This document shows positions 44,683 to 54,441 of a stretch of 64,000 nt of DNA, in pieces. The position numbers and the translations under genes are program-made. The stretch is from positions 1 to 64,000 of the IMG/VR virus record IMGVR_UViG_3300021594_000641; one strand, given 5' to 3'. Source of the stretch: a virus. Within the stretch, counting starts at the first letter, position 1. Each line of letters starts with the position of its first letter. Under the pieces are notes generated by a model, which was given only the letters and a program-made list of their open reading frames with translations, was not told the origin of the DNA and did no database searches.

Positions 44683-45613
44683 TTAGCTTGCTCCCCAGGA
44701 CTGTGGTAGTCATGGCTGTCACGCTACCATCAAGCCTGCTGATGTAGTTACTTAGACTCAGGGCAGAATTTTGCAAAGACTGCAAGTCATTTGTTACGGC
44801 CTCCAGCTCTTGACAACCACAACAAGGTTTTGAGTAAAGATCGTTTACTTGAAGCCCGTTAACTTTTGCGTCTAGGCTTACATTCGTGTCAGTCTGGAGA
44901 GTAAAGTTTCCTTCTGGAGTAGGCGCTATTCCGTTTATTGTTCTTATGCAAGGAGATTGAGATGCTTCATCGGTACAGACGCAGTCTTTTGTAAGACCCT
45001 CTCCGCTAACGGCATCAAATCTTATTTTTGGAGCATCTGTTCCTTGCTGAGAATAGGTTAAGGATACATTCGTTCCAGCTATAAGTTCTATTGCCCCAGT
45101 AAGCTTTTCTGATCTGTCGTTTCCATTCACTAAAGTTATTGAAGTGACGCCTCTTATTATTGGCCGGATACAGTCTGTATCTAGCTTACCGCCAGAGTAG
45201 TCAAAAAAGTATTGCCCAGCAGGCAGAGCTTTTATTTCTTCTAGTTTTCCAAAAACTATTTTACCAACAGAGTCTGAATAACTATCTATTCCTACTAACG
45301 CGTAGCTCTTGTTTTCTGTATGCGCGGAAAAAGCCATAGACGTGCTGGCTACGGCGGTTACTGAATTGTTGCTTCCTAAGTATCCCAAAACCAAAGTAAG
45401 CCCTGTGCTGAACATGGACATGGAGTAAATAAAGAAATTTTCAGGAACTACGTTTACGCCGGCATTTACAGGAAAGTATAAAGATAAAATTATCGTGTCT
45501 GGGATACGAAATGACGAGCTCTGATCTAGCTTTGTGGCGCTGTCAGCTAAAGGATAACTTCTTAGGGCATTGGCATTTAGCCACTCTAAACCCCATACTG
45601 CTGGTGATGGCAT
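44645..45613 (-). CDS. structural protein (N..R.YP paralogue family)
   Basis: EWLNANALRSYPL; RTINGIAPTPEGNF; PCCGC. Confidence 0.7.
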   Translation of the reverse strand: MPSPAVWGLEWLNANALRSYPLADSATKLDQSSSFRIPDTIILSLYFPVNAGVNVVPENFFIYSMSMFSTGLTLVLGYLGSNNSVTAVASTSMAFSAHTENKSYALVGIDSYSDSVGKIVFGKLEEIKALPAGQYFFDYSGGKLDTDCIRPIIRGVTSITLVNGNDRSEKLTGAIELIAGTNVSLTYSQQGTDAPKIRFDAVSGEGLTKDCVCTDEASQSPCIRTINGIAPTPEGNFTLQTDTNVSLDAKVNGLQVNDLYSKPCCGCQELEAVTNDLQSLQNSALSLSNYISRLDGSVTAMTTTVLGSKLNDTGCESSSAPL

Positions 45614-45621
45614 TTGGCACC

Positions 45622-47418
45622 TTAAGCTGAGTACAACACGGCTACGGCATCAATTATTCCTATCTCTCCCAAATACCCGTCTGTAGCACTTCTCTCTACA
45701 GTAAACAGTACTTCAGCCGACTCTGTTACCACAATAGCCGCAGTTTCAACTTCCTTGTATTGTCCTGAGGTTATTGTCACAGAGACGCTGCCGTGAATAG
45801 TGTCAGAGGTTGGAAGAGCCGTGGCAGCCACAGGCCTGGGCAGTAGCCTATAAGATACATTTAGACTTGGAGAGCCTGAAGCGTCTCCATATAGCCACAG
45901 TCTTAGTTTTATCCTAGGGTTGGTTGGAAAGTTGCTAGCGCCAGGCATTCTAAACTTATACCTGACTGATGATGTTTTTTCGGCTTGAAACCCTAGGTAC
46001 ATTATTTCAGATTCATATCTTTCCTTAGCGTCTATTACTCTGACTACTTGAGGAGTTATGAATCTTTCAAGGCCTTCAACATCAGCACGTATGCTGACTA
46101 CCCCTTGGTGAACTGTGTCTGAGTCTCCATTTACAAAAGAGTGAGTGCTGGTGATGACCACAGAGTCGTCAGCGGCTATTAGCCCTTCTGTGACGTAACC
46201 CCTTTTAAACTTATTGTTAACTATGTTTTTTAGCGCCAAGCTACCAGATACATTTTCCTGGTCTATCTGATAAGTGCTATCAAACTTTAATATTACGTCG
46301 CCAGCGGTGACGTTGTTTCCGTCTTGATCTACTACCCTTATTGGAGTGGCGTCGTTGTAAGGCCTTATGCTTGTTACTACAGAGCTGTCGTTACCGTATC
46401 TAACTTTAGAAAAATAAAGTACAAGCTTGCTCTCAGCGTTTCTTGGACACTCTGGGTAACTTGTAGCGCTTTGAACAGAAGAAGAGCTGTAGTATTCTTG
46501 CCACGGAGCCTCTCCGTTACAGTTGCTCATCCACCATATGCCATTCCTGTCGACAATAACTAAACCGTTAGGTCCGGTAGGCACCTCTAATCCAAAATTT
46601 TGTAACGCTGCTCCTATCTCTAAATCCATAAAAACAGTCAACGACGCACTAGATTCAGGAAGAGGCGGCCAGAGTGGAGCCAGCTTTGTGTCCTTATCTA
46701 GGTTATAACCGAAAGCCGATCCGTACGGAGCCAGGCCATTAAAAACTTCATGGTCTGCTGGCAGCCAACCCATTAAGTCAGGGTCTGGAGATGTGATTAC
46801 AGCCCTATCCGCTCCATTAACGTTTTGTACGGTAGCCGTACCGGCTGGCTTCATGTAAAGCTCAGCCTTGTAATGAACATGCGCCTCTAAAAGATTTTTA
46901 GATTGAATGCTTACGTAAACAACGCCATTTCCGTCAGCGTACAGTACTGATATTGATAAGCCTGGAGACTGTTTTAGTATTTTTCCAGCTTCCTGTCCTG
47001 ATAAATAATACCTGCCTGGAGTTACAGACCCTACTACCGCTGGAGATATGTCTAACGATACTTTTCCTGAAAGAACAAGCGTGGCAACAGTAGCTGAAGC
47101 CTTGCTGTACACAACTCCAACAACTTCAGTTCTGGAGGTTGTTTCGAACGAGCCGTTTGTTGTTGAGTAGACCTCAGCCAGAGCTTTCTCAAACCTCTGG
47201 TTGGCCACATTCCAATAAACAGCGTTGCCTACAACAACGGTCTCGTCCACGGCCACATCAAACGCAAACGTAGCTTGTCCGTTGTCTATGGCGTCTATTC
47301 TATCTTTAAGATATACAGTCCTATCTGCCAAAGACCTGTCTGGACGCCCAGAGATATTTGCGTCTACGCGTTCGCCGTCTTGAATAAATTTTACGTTGTC
47401 TGTCCAGTTTCCAGCCAT
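45622..47418 (-). CDS. putative tail/baseplate structural protein
   Basis: GERVDAN...RP...L..RT.YLK N-terminus, typical of tail-fibre attachment proteins. Confidence 0.6.
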   Translation of the reverse strand: MAGNWTDNVKFIQDGERVDANISGRPDRSLADRTVYLKDRIDAIDNGQATFAFDVAVDETVVVGNAVYWNVANQRFEKALAEVYSTTNGSFETTSRTEVVGVVYSKASATVATLVLSGKVSLDISPAVVGSVTPGRYYLSGQEAGKILKQSPGLSISVLYADGNGVVYVSIQSKNLLEAHVHYKAELYMKPAGTATVQNVNGADRAVITSPDPDLMGWLPADHEVFNGLAPYGSAFGYNLDKDTKLAPLWPPLPESSASLTVFMDLEIGAALQNFGLEVPTGPNGLVIVDRNGIWWMSNCNGEAPWQEYYSSSSVQSATSYPECPRNAESKLVLYFSKVRYGNDSSVVTSIRPYNDATPIRVVDQDGNNVTAGDVILKFDSTYQIDQENVSGSLALKNIVNNKFKRGYVTEGLIAADDSVVITSTHSFVNGDSDTVHQGVVSIRADVEGLERFITPQVVRVIDAKERYESEIMYLGFQAEKTSSVRYKFRMPGASNFPTNPRIKLRLWLYGDASGSPSLNVSYRLLPRPVAATALPTSDTIHGSVSVTITSGQYKEVETAAIVVTESAEVLFTVERSATDGYLGEIGIIDAVAVLYSA

Positions 47419-47426
47419 TACTCACC

Positions 47427-48029
47427 TCACTTGAATTTTTCAATCCAGCTAACGCCTATTTGGCTGGAAGCCTGCTTGGCTACCTGGTTTGCAGTAGCGT
47501 AATATTTTCTAGCGAATACTACGTCTCTAGTGCTGTCACTCCAGGAAGGAGTGGCCACAAGGGCAAGACCGTATACTTTGCTGTTCGAGCCATTTGAAAA
47601 AGTTTTGCCGTGTACTCCTTGAGTACCGGCTGTCTGGGCTAAGAAAGTTAATTGATTGAAAGCTATGCCGTGATACCCTGAGGCCAAGCCTTTGGCCGGA
47701 CTTGAAAGCAGAGGCACTCTTAAAAAATCTTTTGTTGCCGACATGTACAAGGTGTCGTAATATTCTTTTCCTTCGTCTCTCGTGTAGCTTGGAGTTGTTG
47801 GAGTTCCAGAAGTGTTCTCAAACTCTACATACATGGCTGAGATTTTATAGTCCGGGTTTCCGTCACCAAAAAGATGACAAGCTATTTCGCCCCAGCTCCA
47901 CTGTATTTGGTTGCTTTCAGTAGATCGGATAGTCCACAAGCCGTGCTTGTTGATATCGTAAAGTGATACTGTTCCCTGCACTTCTGCGTTCATCGCTACA
48001 AGCACCTCACAGCAAATTTCCCCGCACAA
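47427..48029 (-). CDS. putative baseplate/tail protein
   Basis: Position and beta-rich composition; true start likely downstream of the annotated one. Confidence 0.55.
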   Translation of the reverse strand: MCGEICCEVLVAMNAEVQGTVSLYDINKHGLWTIRSTESNQIQWSWGEIACHLFGDGNPDYKISAMYVEFENTSGTPTTPSYTRDEGKEYYDTLYMSATKDFLRVPLLSSPAKGLASGYHGIAFNQLTFLAQTAGTQGVHGKTFSNGSNSKVYGLALVATPSWSDSTRDVVFARKYYATANQVAKQASSQIGVSWIEKFK

Positions 48030-49503
48030 CGCGTGCGACTATTGTGTCTGACACATCGGTTGTGGTTATTTCTGTTTCAAAGGTTGTTCCCATACCTGTG
48101 AACGACCCTATCTCTTCAGTATCCTCGTAATCAGCTTGCAGCACTTCTTCTTCAATGTCTTGCAAGTCTATTAGAAGAAACATGGTTGTGTGAGGCGGTA
48201 TCAGGTTTCTTAAATAAGTAATATTTTCTATTCCAGCGAAACCTGGCCTAACCGATCCTGCCTTTATTTTTACCAAAAAAGCGCCGTTTCTTAAAACGTT
48301 TTCGGCCAAAAATTTCAAAGGGTTGATTACTGAAGGTACGTTAGTGGGTCCTGGCTCTCCGTATTTCACAGGCCTATTATCGAATGCGTCTGCAAGGGTC
48401 ATGGCCATAGCCAAGCCCCTCTTGTGCGTGTCATCCCAGAAAGCTTCCACATCAAAAGGATGCCCGCCAAGATAAAAGCTCATCTTGGCTTTTCCATTAC
48501 TGTCGTACTCAAAATCTACCGGCACTTCTTCGTTATTAAATCCTATGTCGCCTATGTATTGTATTCCCATGTATCTTTTTGAAAGGTTTAGACCCTTCAA
48601 AGATTCTGGCACCTCTCCTCTGTTAAACTCATGCACTAAAATTCCATCAGTCATTTCCTGGTCTACTCTTAACGAGTCACCGATAGAAACAACGGCTTGA
48701 GAATTTTTGTTAAACTTGTAAACATTTTTATTTGTAATGACAAGTAAGTTATTTCTGTCGTAAGTTATGTCTTCTACGGTTTCATTTCCTTTTGCCAGAG
48801 GTATGCCGGTAGTGGCGGCTATCCCGTCCAAAGTTTTTCCCATGGACGTGCCTAAAACCATTGAATCGTATACGTTGTTCAACAAATCTTTGTATGGCTG
48901 ACTAGACTTAGCCCACAGTCCTATAACGTAGCCAAAATGGCTGTACAGGTATTCTTTGTCTATTCTTGGCAATTGAAGCCATAAAACTATCTCTTCGTCT
49001 CCTTCTGTGGTTTGATGCGCAAAACTGTCATTATTGAAAGGGTTCTCAGCGAAGAATAAACGATGATTGGCTGAGTCTATATAAAAATCAAGGTTTCTAA
49101 ATAGAACAGTTGAAGGGCTGGATATTCTATTTGTGATTATGGGGCAATCTACTATTTCTTCAGGCAGAGGATAAAAAAAAGAAAATCCTGAAGACCTTCT
49201 TCCGTAACTGGCAGCGGTTGTTCCGTAATAGCTTTCTTCGCCATAATTATTAGCCAGGCCGGATATTACTGACTTTTTCATAGTCAGCTCTAACCAGTAT
49301 TCTTTTCTAAATACTGGAATGTCCAATCTGCTTCTGCAATCTATGGCTTCTTGAAGCCTTTCAAAAGTTTGCTTTGTTAGATTGCATCGTCCTTTTAATG
49401 CTTCGGCCAGGTAGTCGTTGCCGGTATAAACTTCCTCCCAGAATCCTCCAAGGAGTCGGAGGATCTGACCCTTGTCATCCAGCTGGGTAGGAAAATTTAT
49501 CAT
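48007..49503 (-). CDS. putative baseplate wedge protein
   Basis: Position after the baseplate J-like gene; ...LRNLIPPHT tail resembles P2 gpI-like proteins. Confidence 0.5.
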   Translation of the reverse strand: MINFPTQLDDKGQILRLLGGFWEEVYTGNDYLAEALKGRCNLTKQTFERLQEAIDCRSRLDIPVFRKEYWLELTMKKSVISGLANNYGEESYYGTTAASYGRRSSGFSFFYPLPEEIVDCPIITNRISSPSTVLFRNLDFYIDSANHRLFFAENPFNNDSFAHQTTEGDEEIVLWLQLPRIDKEYLYSHFGYVIGLWAKSSQPYKDLLNNVYDSMVLGTSMGKTLDGIAATTGIPLAKGNETVEDITYDRNNLLVITNKNVYKFNKNSQAVVSIGDSLRVDQEMTDGILVHEFNRGEVPESLKGLNLSKRYMGIQYIGDIGFNNEEVPVDFEYDSNGKAKMSFYLGGHPFDVEAFWDDTHKRGLAMAMTLADAFDNRPVKYGEPGPTNVPSVINPLKFLAENVLRNGAFLVKIKAGSVRPGFAGIENITYLRNLIPPHTTMFLLIDLQDIEEEVLQADYEDTEEIGSFTGMGTTFETEITTTDVSDTIVARVVRGNLL

Positions 49504-50591
49504 TATGCATGTTTACCTGGCTTAGCGTTAATATCCATGGCCAGCTCTACTATAACCCTCGAGCCTTCACCAAAGAGTTGCCTAAATTTAAGCTTGCTGG
49601 CGCTTACAAAGTCTTTTTCTTCTATGACTACTTGAGTGCAGTTTTTCTTTTTTACTAAAGCTACTTTAGGCTCTTTTAAAACCAGCCTCTTAGGGTTTAA
49701 AAGACCCCAGCCATAGTCATTGTCAAATCCGTTTGTTCCGGCATCTGTAGCGCTGGCTTTGACTGCTTCTATGAAATCTCTTGAAGACTTCAAAGAGCGA
49801 GACTTTTTCTTCCGGTCATACTCTAAAGCCAAAGCGGCTACGCCTGCAACAAAAGGAGTAGCCATAGAAGTACCAGAAAGTTTGGCGTAGTTCTTAGGAG
49901 GGTATGCTGACAAGATGTCTACCCCAGGGGCCGCTACGTCTACTTGCGGACCTCTGCTTGAGAACTTAGCTATTCTGTTGTTAGAGTCTACAGCGGCTAC
50001 GGATAGAACCGTCTCATACCTTGCCGGGTATCCAACAGTTTCAGGGTCAGGGCCTTCGTTACCAGCAGCTGCGATTAGGATAACTCCTTTACTAGCCGCG
50101 TATTTCAAAGCTGCTTCAATGTCAGGGCAAGAAGACGGAGAGCCAAAACTCATAGAAATTATGTCAGCCTTTTGAGACACGGCCCACTTGATACCAGCGA
50201 CTATATTTTTGGTAGAGCCTCCTCCTGAGTCAGACAAAACTTTTCCAACTATAAGGCAGGCATCAGGAGCCACTCCTACTATTCCTACCCCATTCTTCTT
50301 AGCCGCGATTACTCCACAGCAGTGTGTGCCGTGTCCGTTTGAATCTCCAGGGCCTACAGGACTTTTTGTAAAATCTTTATGGGCGCATATCTGTTCTTTT
50401 AAATCTGGATGCAGCATGGCGCATCCGGTGTCCAGAACGGCAACCTTTATACCTTTGCCTGTGGCGTGCTGCCACAATTCAGGTATGCCAAAAGCCGTTA
50501 AACTCCAGTCCATAGTTTCTGAGCACGTCGATACGAAATGCTCAACCGAAAAGGATGGAATTTTAAAATCTGGAACACCGGGCCTAGCCAT
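49503..50591 (-). CDS. subtilisin-like S8 serine protease
   Basis: Catalytic VAVLDTG, HGTHCCG and GTSMATP; oxyanion AAAGNEG. Confidence 0.92.
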   Translation of the reverse strand: MARPGVPDFKIPSFSVEHFVSTCSETMDWSLTAFGIPELWQHATGKGIKVAVLDTGCAMLHPDLKEQICAHKDFTKSPVGPGDSNGHGTHCCGVIAAKKNGVGIVGVAPDACLIVGKVLSDSGGGSTKNIVAGIKWAVSQKADIISMSFGSPSSCPDIEAALKYAASKGVILIAAAGNEGPDPETVGYPARYETVLSVAAVDSNNRIAKFSSRGPQVDVAAPGVDILSAYPPKNYAKLSGTSMATPFVAGVAALALEYDRKKKSRSLKSSRDFIEAVKASATDAGTNGFDNDYGWGLLNPKRLVLKEPKVALVKKKNCTQVVIEEKDFVSASKLKFRQLFGEGSRVIVELAMDINAKPGKHA

Positions 50592-50601
50592 TTTGCTTAT
50601 C

Positions 50602-50922
50602 TCACTTTTTGGTAAGCCAGATAGTAATCAACTTAACTATCACGGGCAGCAACCAAAGAGGAATGGCTTTGGCGGAATGACCGCCGTCCAACACGCCTTG
50701 CAGCGCATCGGCAACCTTCTTCTTGGTAACTCTTCCTTCAGGAACCTTGTTTTGCAGGGTTACTTGGGAATCACCAAAAGTTTCAACTAGCCATTGGGCT
50801 ACCTTAAGCCCCAAATTAATAGCTTTCCACTTATCGAATCCGTCCTTGCTATTGAGAAGGTCGATGAACTCTTTTATGAGTTCTGTTGGAATAGCCACCT
50901 TGGTCTCAAACTCTGCTGACAT
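50602..50922 (-). CDS. hypothetical protein
   Basis: GGAGG RBS. Confidence 0.65.
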   Translation of the reverse strand: MSAEFETKVAIPTELIKEFIDLLNSKDGFDKWKAINLGLKVAQWLVETFGDSQVTLQNKVPEGRVTKKKVADALQGVLDGGHSAKAIPLWLLPVIVKLITIWLTKK

Positions 50923-50998
50923 AACTAACCTCCCTATTCTGCAGCTAAAGCTGCTTTACAATCCTAGCACAGCCAGCAAACGATTTCTAGCCTTGTTA

Positions 50999-52651
50999 TT
51001 ACGCTAATGAAGTATCAGAGTTTTTAATGTAAATACCTATGTCGTCTGGACTTAGAATAAAAACAACAGTTTTAGCCGATATCATGTTTTCATGATCTTC
51101 AGGAATTATTAGTGATTCAAAGCTTCTTAAGTATTTTTTTGTTAAGTCAGACTTTTGTATTGCGCCAAACATTTCTATAGCGCTAACCGTTTGGTTTTGA
51201 GCCAAATAACTATGAATGGTGGACTGGAGTATTGAAGCCGATAGTTTTCCGCAAAACCCCAGCTTGTTAACTCTATTAGCTAAAGCGTTTTTAATTGCTG
51301 ATTCGTCTATGTTAGAGTCGGTTGACTTTTTAAATATTGTAAAAGATAACTTTAGATCGCACGGTATTGCAGCTTTTACTAGAACGTCTCCTCCGGCAGG
51401 CCTAACATCACGACTGCTCAAAAAACTCTGTATGTTCTGTAAAAGATTCATTCCCCGAGCGTATATTGAATATTCAGCAGTAGCGCCTTCTGTTAAGCCA
51501 GGCGCAGTCTCTAAGTCTATAAACCTTATAATTGCAGTTTGATAAGGAGAATAGGCAGCCTCCTTGCTATTAACTATGTCAGGCACAAAAGAAGAACCGT
51601 CTTCGGATATGTCGTAACCTCTGATGTCTTCGTACACCCCTAAACCTGTTTCTGAAGCACTGTCTACCACAGTTGCTTTTATTATTTTTTCTATGTTGTA
51701 AAACCCAGGCACGTCATTCCTGGATATGGATACTTGCCACAAGCCTCCGCCGCCTTCTCTTCCTATTAGAGTAGCCGTCTTTGTTATTTTTCTTGAGGTT
51801 GGCAGCTGTTGGCTTCTTATATAAACATCAAGTCTGTTGCCAGTAGCCGTGGGAAGAATGCTGTGGTAGCGAATTTGTTCTGGATCACCAAATCCTATAG
51901 TCGATACGTCTAGAACCGTTTTGAAAGAAGTGTTTTCTTTTATGCAAGATTCTATTGTTGCCCTGTTTGACAAATCCCTAGCAGATATCCCTGTCTGAAG
52001 TCTCTTTACAAAATCTGAGTTAGACTCATAATCTGAACCGCCTGAAAAGTCAGACTCTGCATAGGCAGTTAAGAAGTAAGGTATAGCCGAGTCTGACTCT
52101 AAAGAAGTGTTTCTTTTTATGTTTGCCGTTACAGAATTAGTAGTAGACACGGCGTCGATCACATAATAGTATGTGCCGTCTCCAACAGGCTTTATAAGCC
52201 TGTCGTTGAAATTAACTACCTGGTCTGCAGAAGTCCTAGCGAAGAAAGACTGCAGAGGCGCATAAGTGTTACCCAGAGATGAAAAGGTATTTGATGTAGA
52301 CACACTAGACGGTACTAGCGCGCTTATCACTATGACTATTTTTCCTGAAGCCGGAGAACCTTCAAACCTTACTGCTCTAAAGTTTGAGGCCAGTTGATCA
52401 ACAACGTCGTCAACAGCGAGAGTTGGGTCGTTGTTTATAGCTAGAAGAGAGCCTGACTTCCTAAGCCTGTCAGCATACTCGTCCTGAGCTGTTTGCAGTA
52501 TTGCCTCAAAATGAAAAAGGATATCGTGCAGAACGCCTCTCTTGCTGTCTATGCTTGGGGCGTACTCAGTAATTTTTTGCGCTATGTAAGCGTGCGCCTG
52601 GTTTACGGCATCTGAGTTTAAAGTTGTCAGATCAGGTAAAGTTATAGCCAT
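50999..52651 (-). CDS. baseplate J-like protein
   Basis: ...SGGSDYESNSDFVKR motif (GG.D.Es...l..R); adjacent to the gp25-like gene. Confidence 0.7.
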   Translation of the reverse strand: MAITLPDLTTLNSDAVNQAHAYIAQKITEYAPSIDSKRGVLHDILFHFEAILQTAQDEYADRLRKSGSLLAINNDPTLAVDDVVDQLASNFRAVRFEGSPASGKIVIVISALVPSSVSTSNTFSSLGNTYAPLQSFFARTSADQVVNFNDRLIKPVGDGTYYYVIDAVSTTNSVTANIKRNTSLESDSAIPYFLTAYAESDFSGGSDYESNSDFVKRLQTGISARDLSNRATIESCIKENTSFKTVLDVSTIGFGDPEQIRYHSILPTATGNRLDVYIRSQQLPTSRKITKTATLIGREGGGGLWQVSISRNDVPGFYNIEKIIKATVVDSASETGLGVYEDIRGYDISEDGSSFVPDIVNSKEAAYSPYQTAIIRFIDLETAPGLTEGATAEYSIYARGMNLLQNIQSFLSSRDVRPAGGDVLVKAAIPCDLKLSFTIFKKSTDSNIDESAIKNALANRVNKLGFCGKLSASILQSTIHSYLAQNQTVSAIEMFGAIQKSDLTKKYLRSFESLIIPEDHENMISAKTVVFILSPDDIGIYIKNSDTSLA

Positions 52652-53127
52652 TAGATAATACCTGCCGTTACTTTTATGGGTAGAGTCAACTTTCTTGAAA
52701 AACCCATCAAGTTAAATAACGAGACGTTTAAAACCAAAGACACTCCAGGTCTTACGGCAAAACTATCTAAGTGAGCGTCTCTATACCTGTCTTCTGGGTC
52801 GTCTGTCTCTGACTCTTCTATAAGCAGATTAGTTGCTACCTGTGACCTAGCTTCAGCAAAATAAGTATTTACAGCCAAGTCGTTTCGTATGAATCCGGCA
52901 GAGAAATTGTTTATGAAAGAAGATCCTCTGTTTGGCAGATAGGGTATTGAACCTCTTGGCGTCAAGAATTCTATAGTCCATCTTTGCGCCAACTTTTCTA
53001 TTCCAGTACAGATGTAGCCGCTATTGGTATTGTCCGACAACACTTGGCTCAGCTGTCTGTTTGCGGCAGAAGGCTGAAAAGCCAATATGTCTATGGTCTT
53101 ACCGACATAGTCAGCGACTGTGCTCAT
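52651..53127 (-). CDS. baseplate wedge gp25/GpW-like protein
   Basis: KLAQR....FLTP.GS.P..P.RGS.F. Confidence 0.6.
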   Translation of the reverse strand: MSTVADYVGKTIDILAFQPSAANRQLSQVLSDNTNSGYICTGIEKLAQRWTIEFLTPRGSIPYLPNRGSSFINNFSAGFIRNDLAVNTYFAEARSQVATNLLIEESETDDPEDRYRDAHLDSFAVRPGVSLVLNVSLFNLMGFSRKLTLPIKVTAGII

Positions 53128-53129
53128 TC

Positions 53130-53564
53130 TTACTGGCCTCTAGCGAGCTTTTCGTTTGCGTACTCTATGGAAGACTCTCTCAACACATACTTTGCCGCGT
53201 TCTTCCTTCTATTAGCCGCAAATAGCTCAGCCCTTATTGAGTTAGCGTGCCTTGTTCTAAACGCTCTGTCCATGGCAGCCATGTAGTCGTTTTGAAACCT
53301 TAAAACCATAGACGAGGCTTTTGTTCCTGGATCGTCTATGTCTAAAGCTTTTGAAAATAAAGAGTTTGTATGCTCCCTGTTAAAAGCGCTTTTCATTCCA
53401 GATACATCAGACATGTCTCCTTCCCAGCTGCCAGACATCCACACCCTGCCAACTCCCGTCAGGCTAGCCTCGTAACATTTCTGGTTTTGTTCTGACAACT
53501 TATCTATTTGATTAACCAAGTCCTGGCTAATAGAGCCCACGTTGGTGCCTGTTTTTGAAGACAT
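53130..53564 (-). CDS. hypothetical protein
   Basis: ORF in the operon. Confidence 0.6.
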   Translation of the reverse strand: MSSKTGTNVGSISQDLVNQIDKLSEQNQKCYEASLTGVGRVWMSGSWEGDMSDVSGMKSAFNREHTNSLFSKALDIDDPGTKASSMVLRFQNDYMAAMDRAFRTRHANSIRAELFAANRRKNAAKYVLRESSIEYANEKLARGQ

Positions 53565-53571
53565 GCTATCC

Positions 53572-54441
53572 TCACATGAGTCTTATGTCTGATTGCTTGT
53601 CTAGTTCAGCTTGAATCTTTTTCTTTCTAATGCTTACAGCTGCTGGCGTCACTCTAAGTTTTTTAGCTATAGCTTCATTAGACAACACAGGACTTCCGAA
53701 CATTCCAAAAGCGCCTTCCATAATTATTTTATCAGTATCAGATGCTCCATAATAAACTAACTGCCTCCACCCATCCGCGCTGCTGGTATCCTTCATTAGC
53801 CTTACGCCTGGATCGTTGAAGTCTTCGCTTTCTGATCCGGCCATAGGCTTCAAAACTGTTCCTTCGCTAGAAGGCATCCTTAACTTTCTTACGTACTCAA
53901 TTCTTTTTGGAGAAAGCCCTGTCTTGTCAGCCAGCTCACTTAAAGACGGGTGTCTTCCCAATTCTTCTTTTAATTCATCCTCTGCTTTGAAAAGACCTAC
54001 GTAGTCTAACTGCACTTGTTCAGGAATACTTATTATCTGATTGCTTTGCAGAGTAAATCTTTTCAATCCTTGCAGCTGATTAAACACAAATGTTTTTAAC
54101 TTAGTCTTTGACGGGTCGTACCTGTGAAGAGAGTCTATGACTATTTGTTTAGCCTTGCTCCCAACCATAGGGTTTGACGAGCTTCCAGCGTAAGTTTTAA
54201 CGGCTGTATCTATTACGGGTTTCAAAGCCTTTAAAACTCTGTCGTTGTTAGCTATGTCAGGATTTCTTTTCCAATCTTCATATATTTTATTATATTCAGG
54301 CTCAAGGCTTATAGTCGGCTGAGCGGGCGCAGTTCCAGGAGGCCTAGGTCCGCCTGTTGGCTGACTAGGGTTACCTACTCCAGGTATGTTGTACATCCCA
54401 GGCATAGGTCCATCCTTTAAACAAGAGAAGTACCGCTCCAA
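53572..54441 (-). CDS. sigma70-family RNA polymerase sigma factor (regions 2-4)
   Basis: YDPSKTKLKTFVF (region 2), ELGRHPSLSELADKTGLS (region 3), SNEAIAKKLRVTPAAVS (region 4 HTH). Confidence 0.8.
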   Translation of the reverse strand: MERYFSCLKDGPMPGMYNIPGVGNPSQPTGGPRPPGTAPAQPTISLEPEYNKIYEDWKRNPDIANNDRVLKALKPVIDTAVKTYAGSSSNPMVGSKAKQIVIDSLHRYDPSKTKLKTFVFNQLQGLKRFTLQSNQIISIPEQVQLDYVGLFKAEDELKEELGRHPSLSELADKTGLSPKRIEYVRKLRMPSSEGTVLKPMAGSESEDFNDPGVRLMKDTSSADGWRQLVYYGASDTDKIIMEGAFGMFGSPVLSNEAIAKKLRVTPAAVSIRKKKIQAELDKQSDIRLM

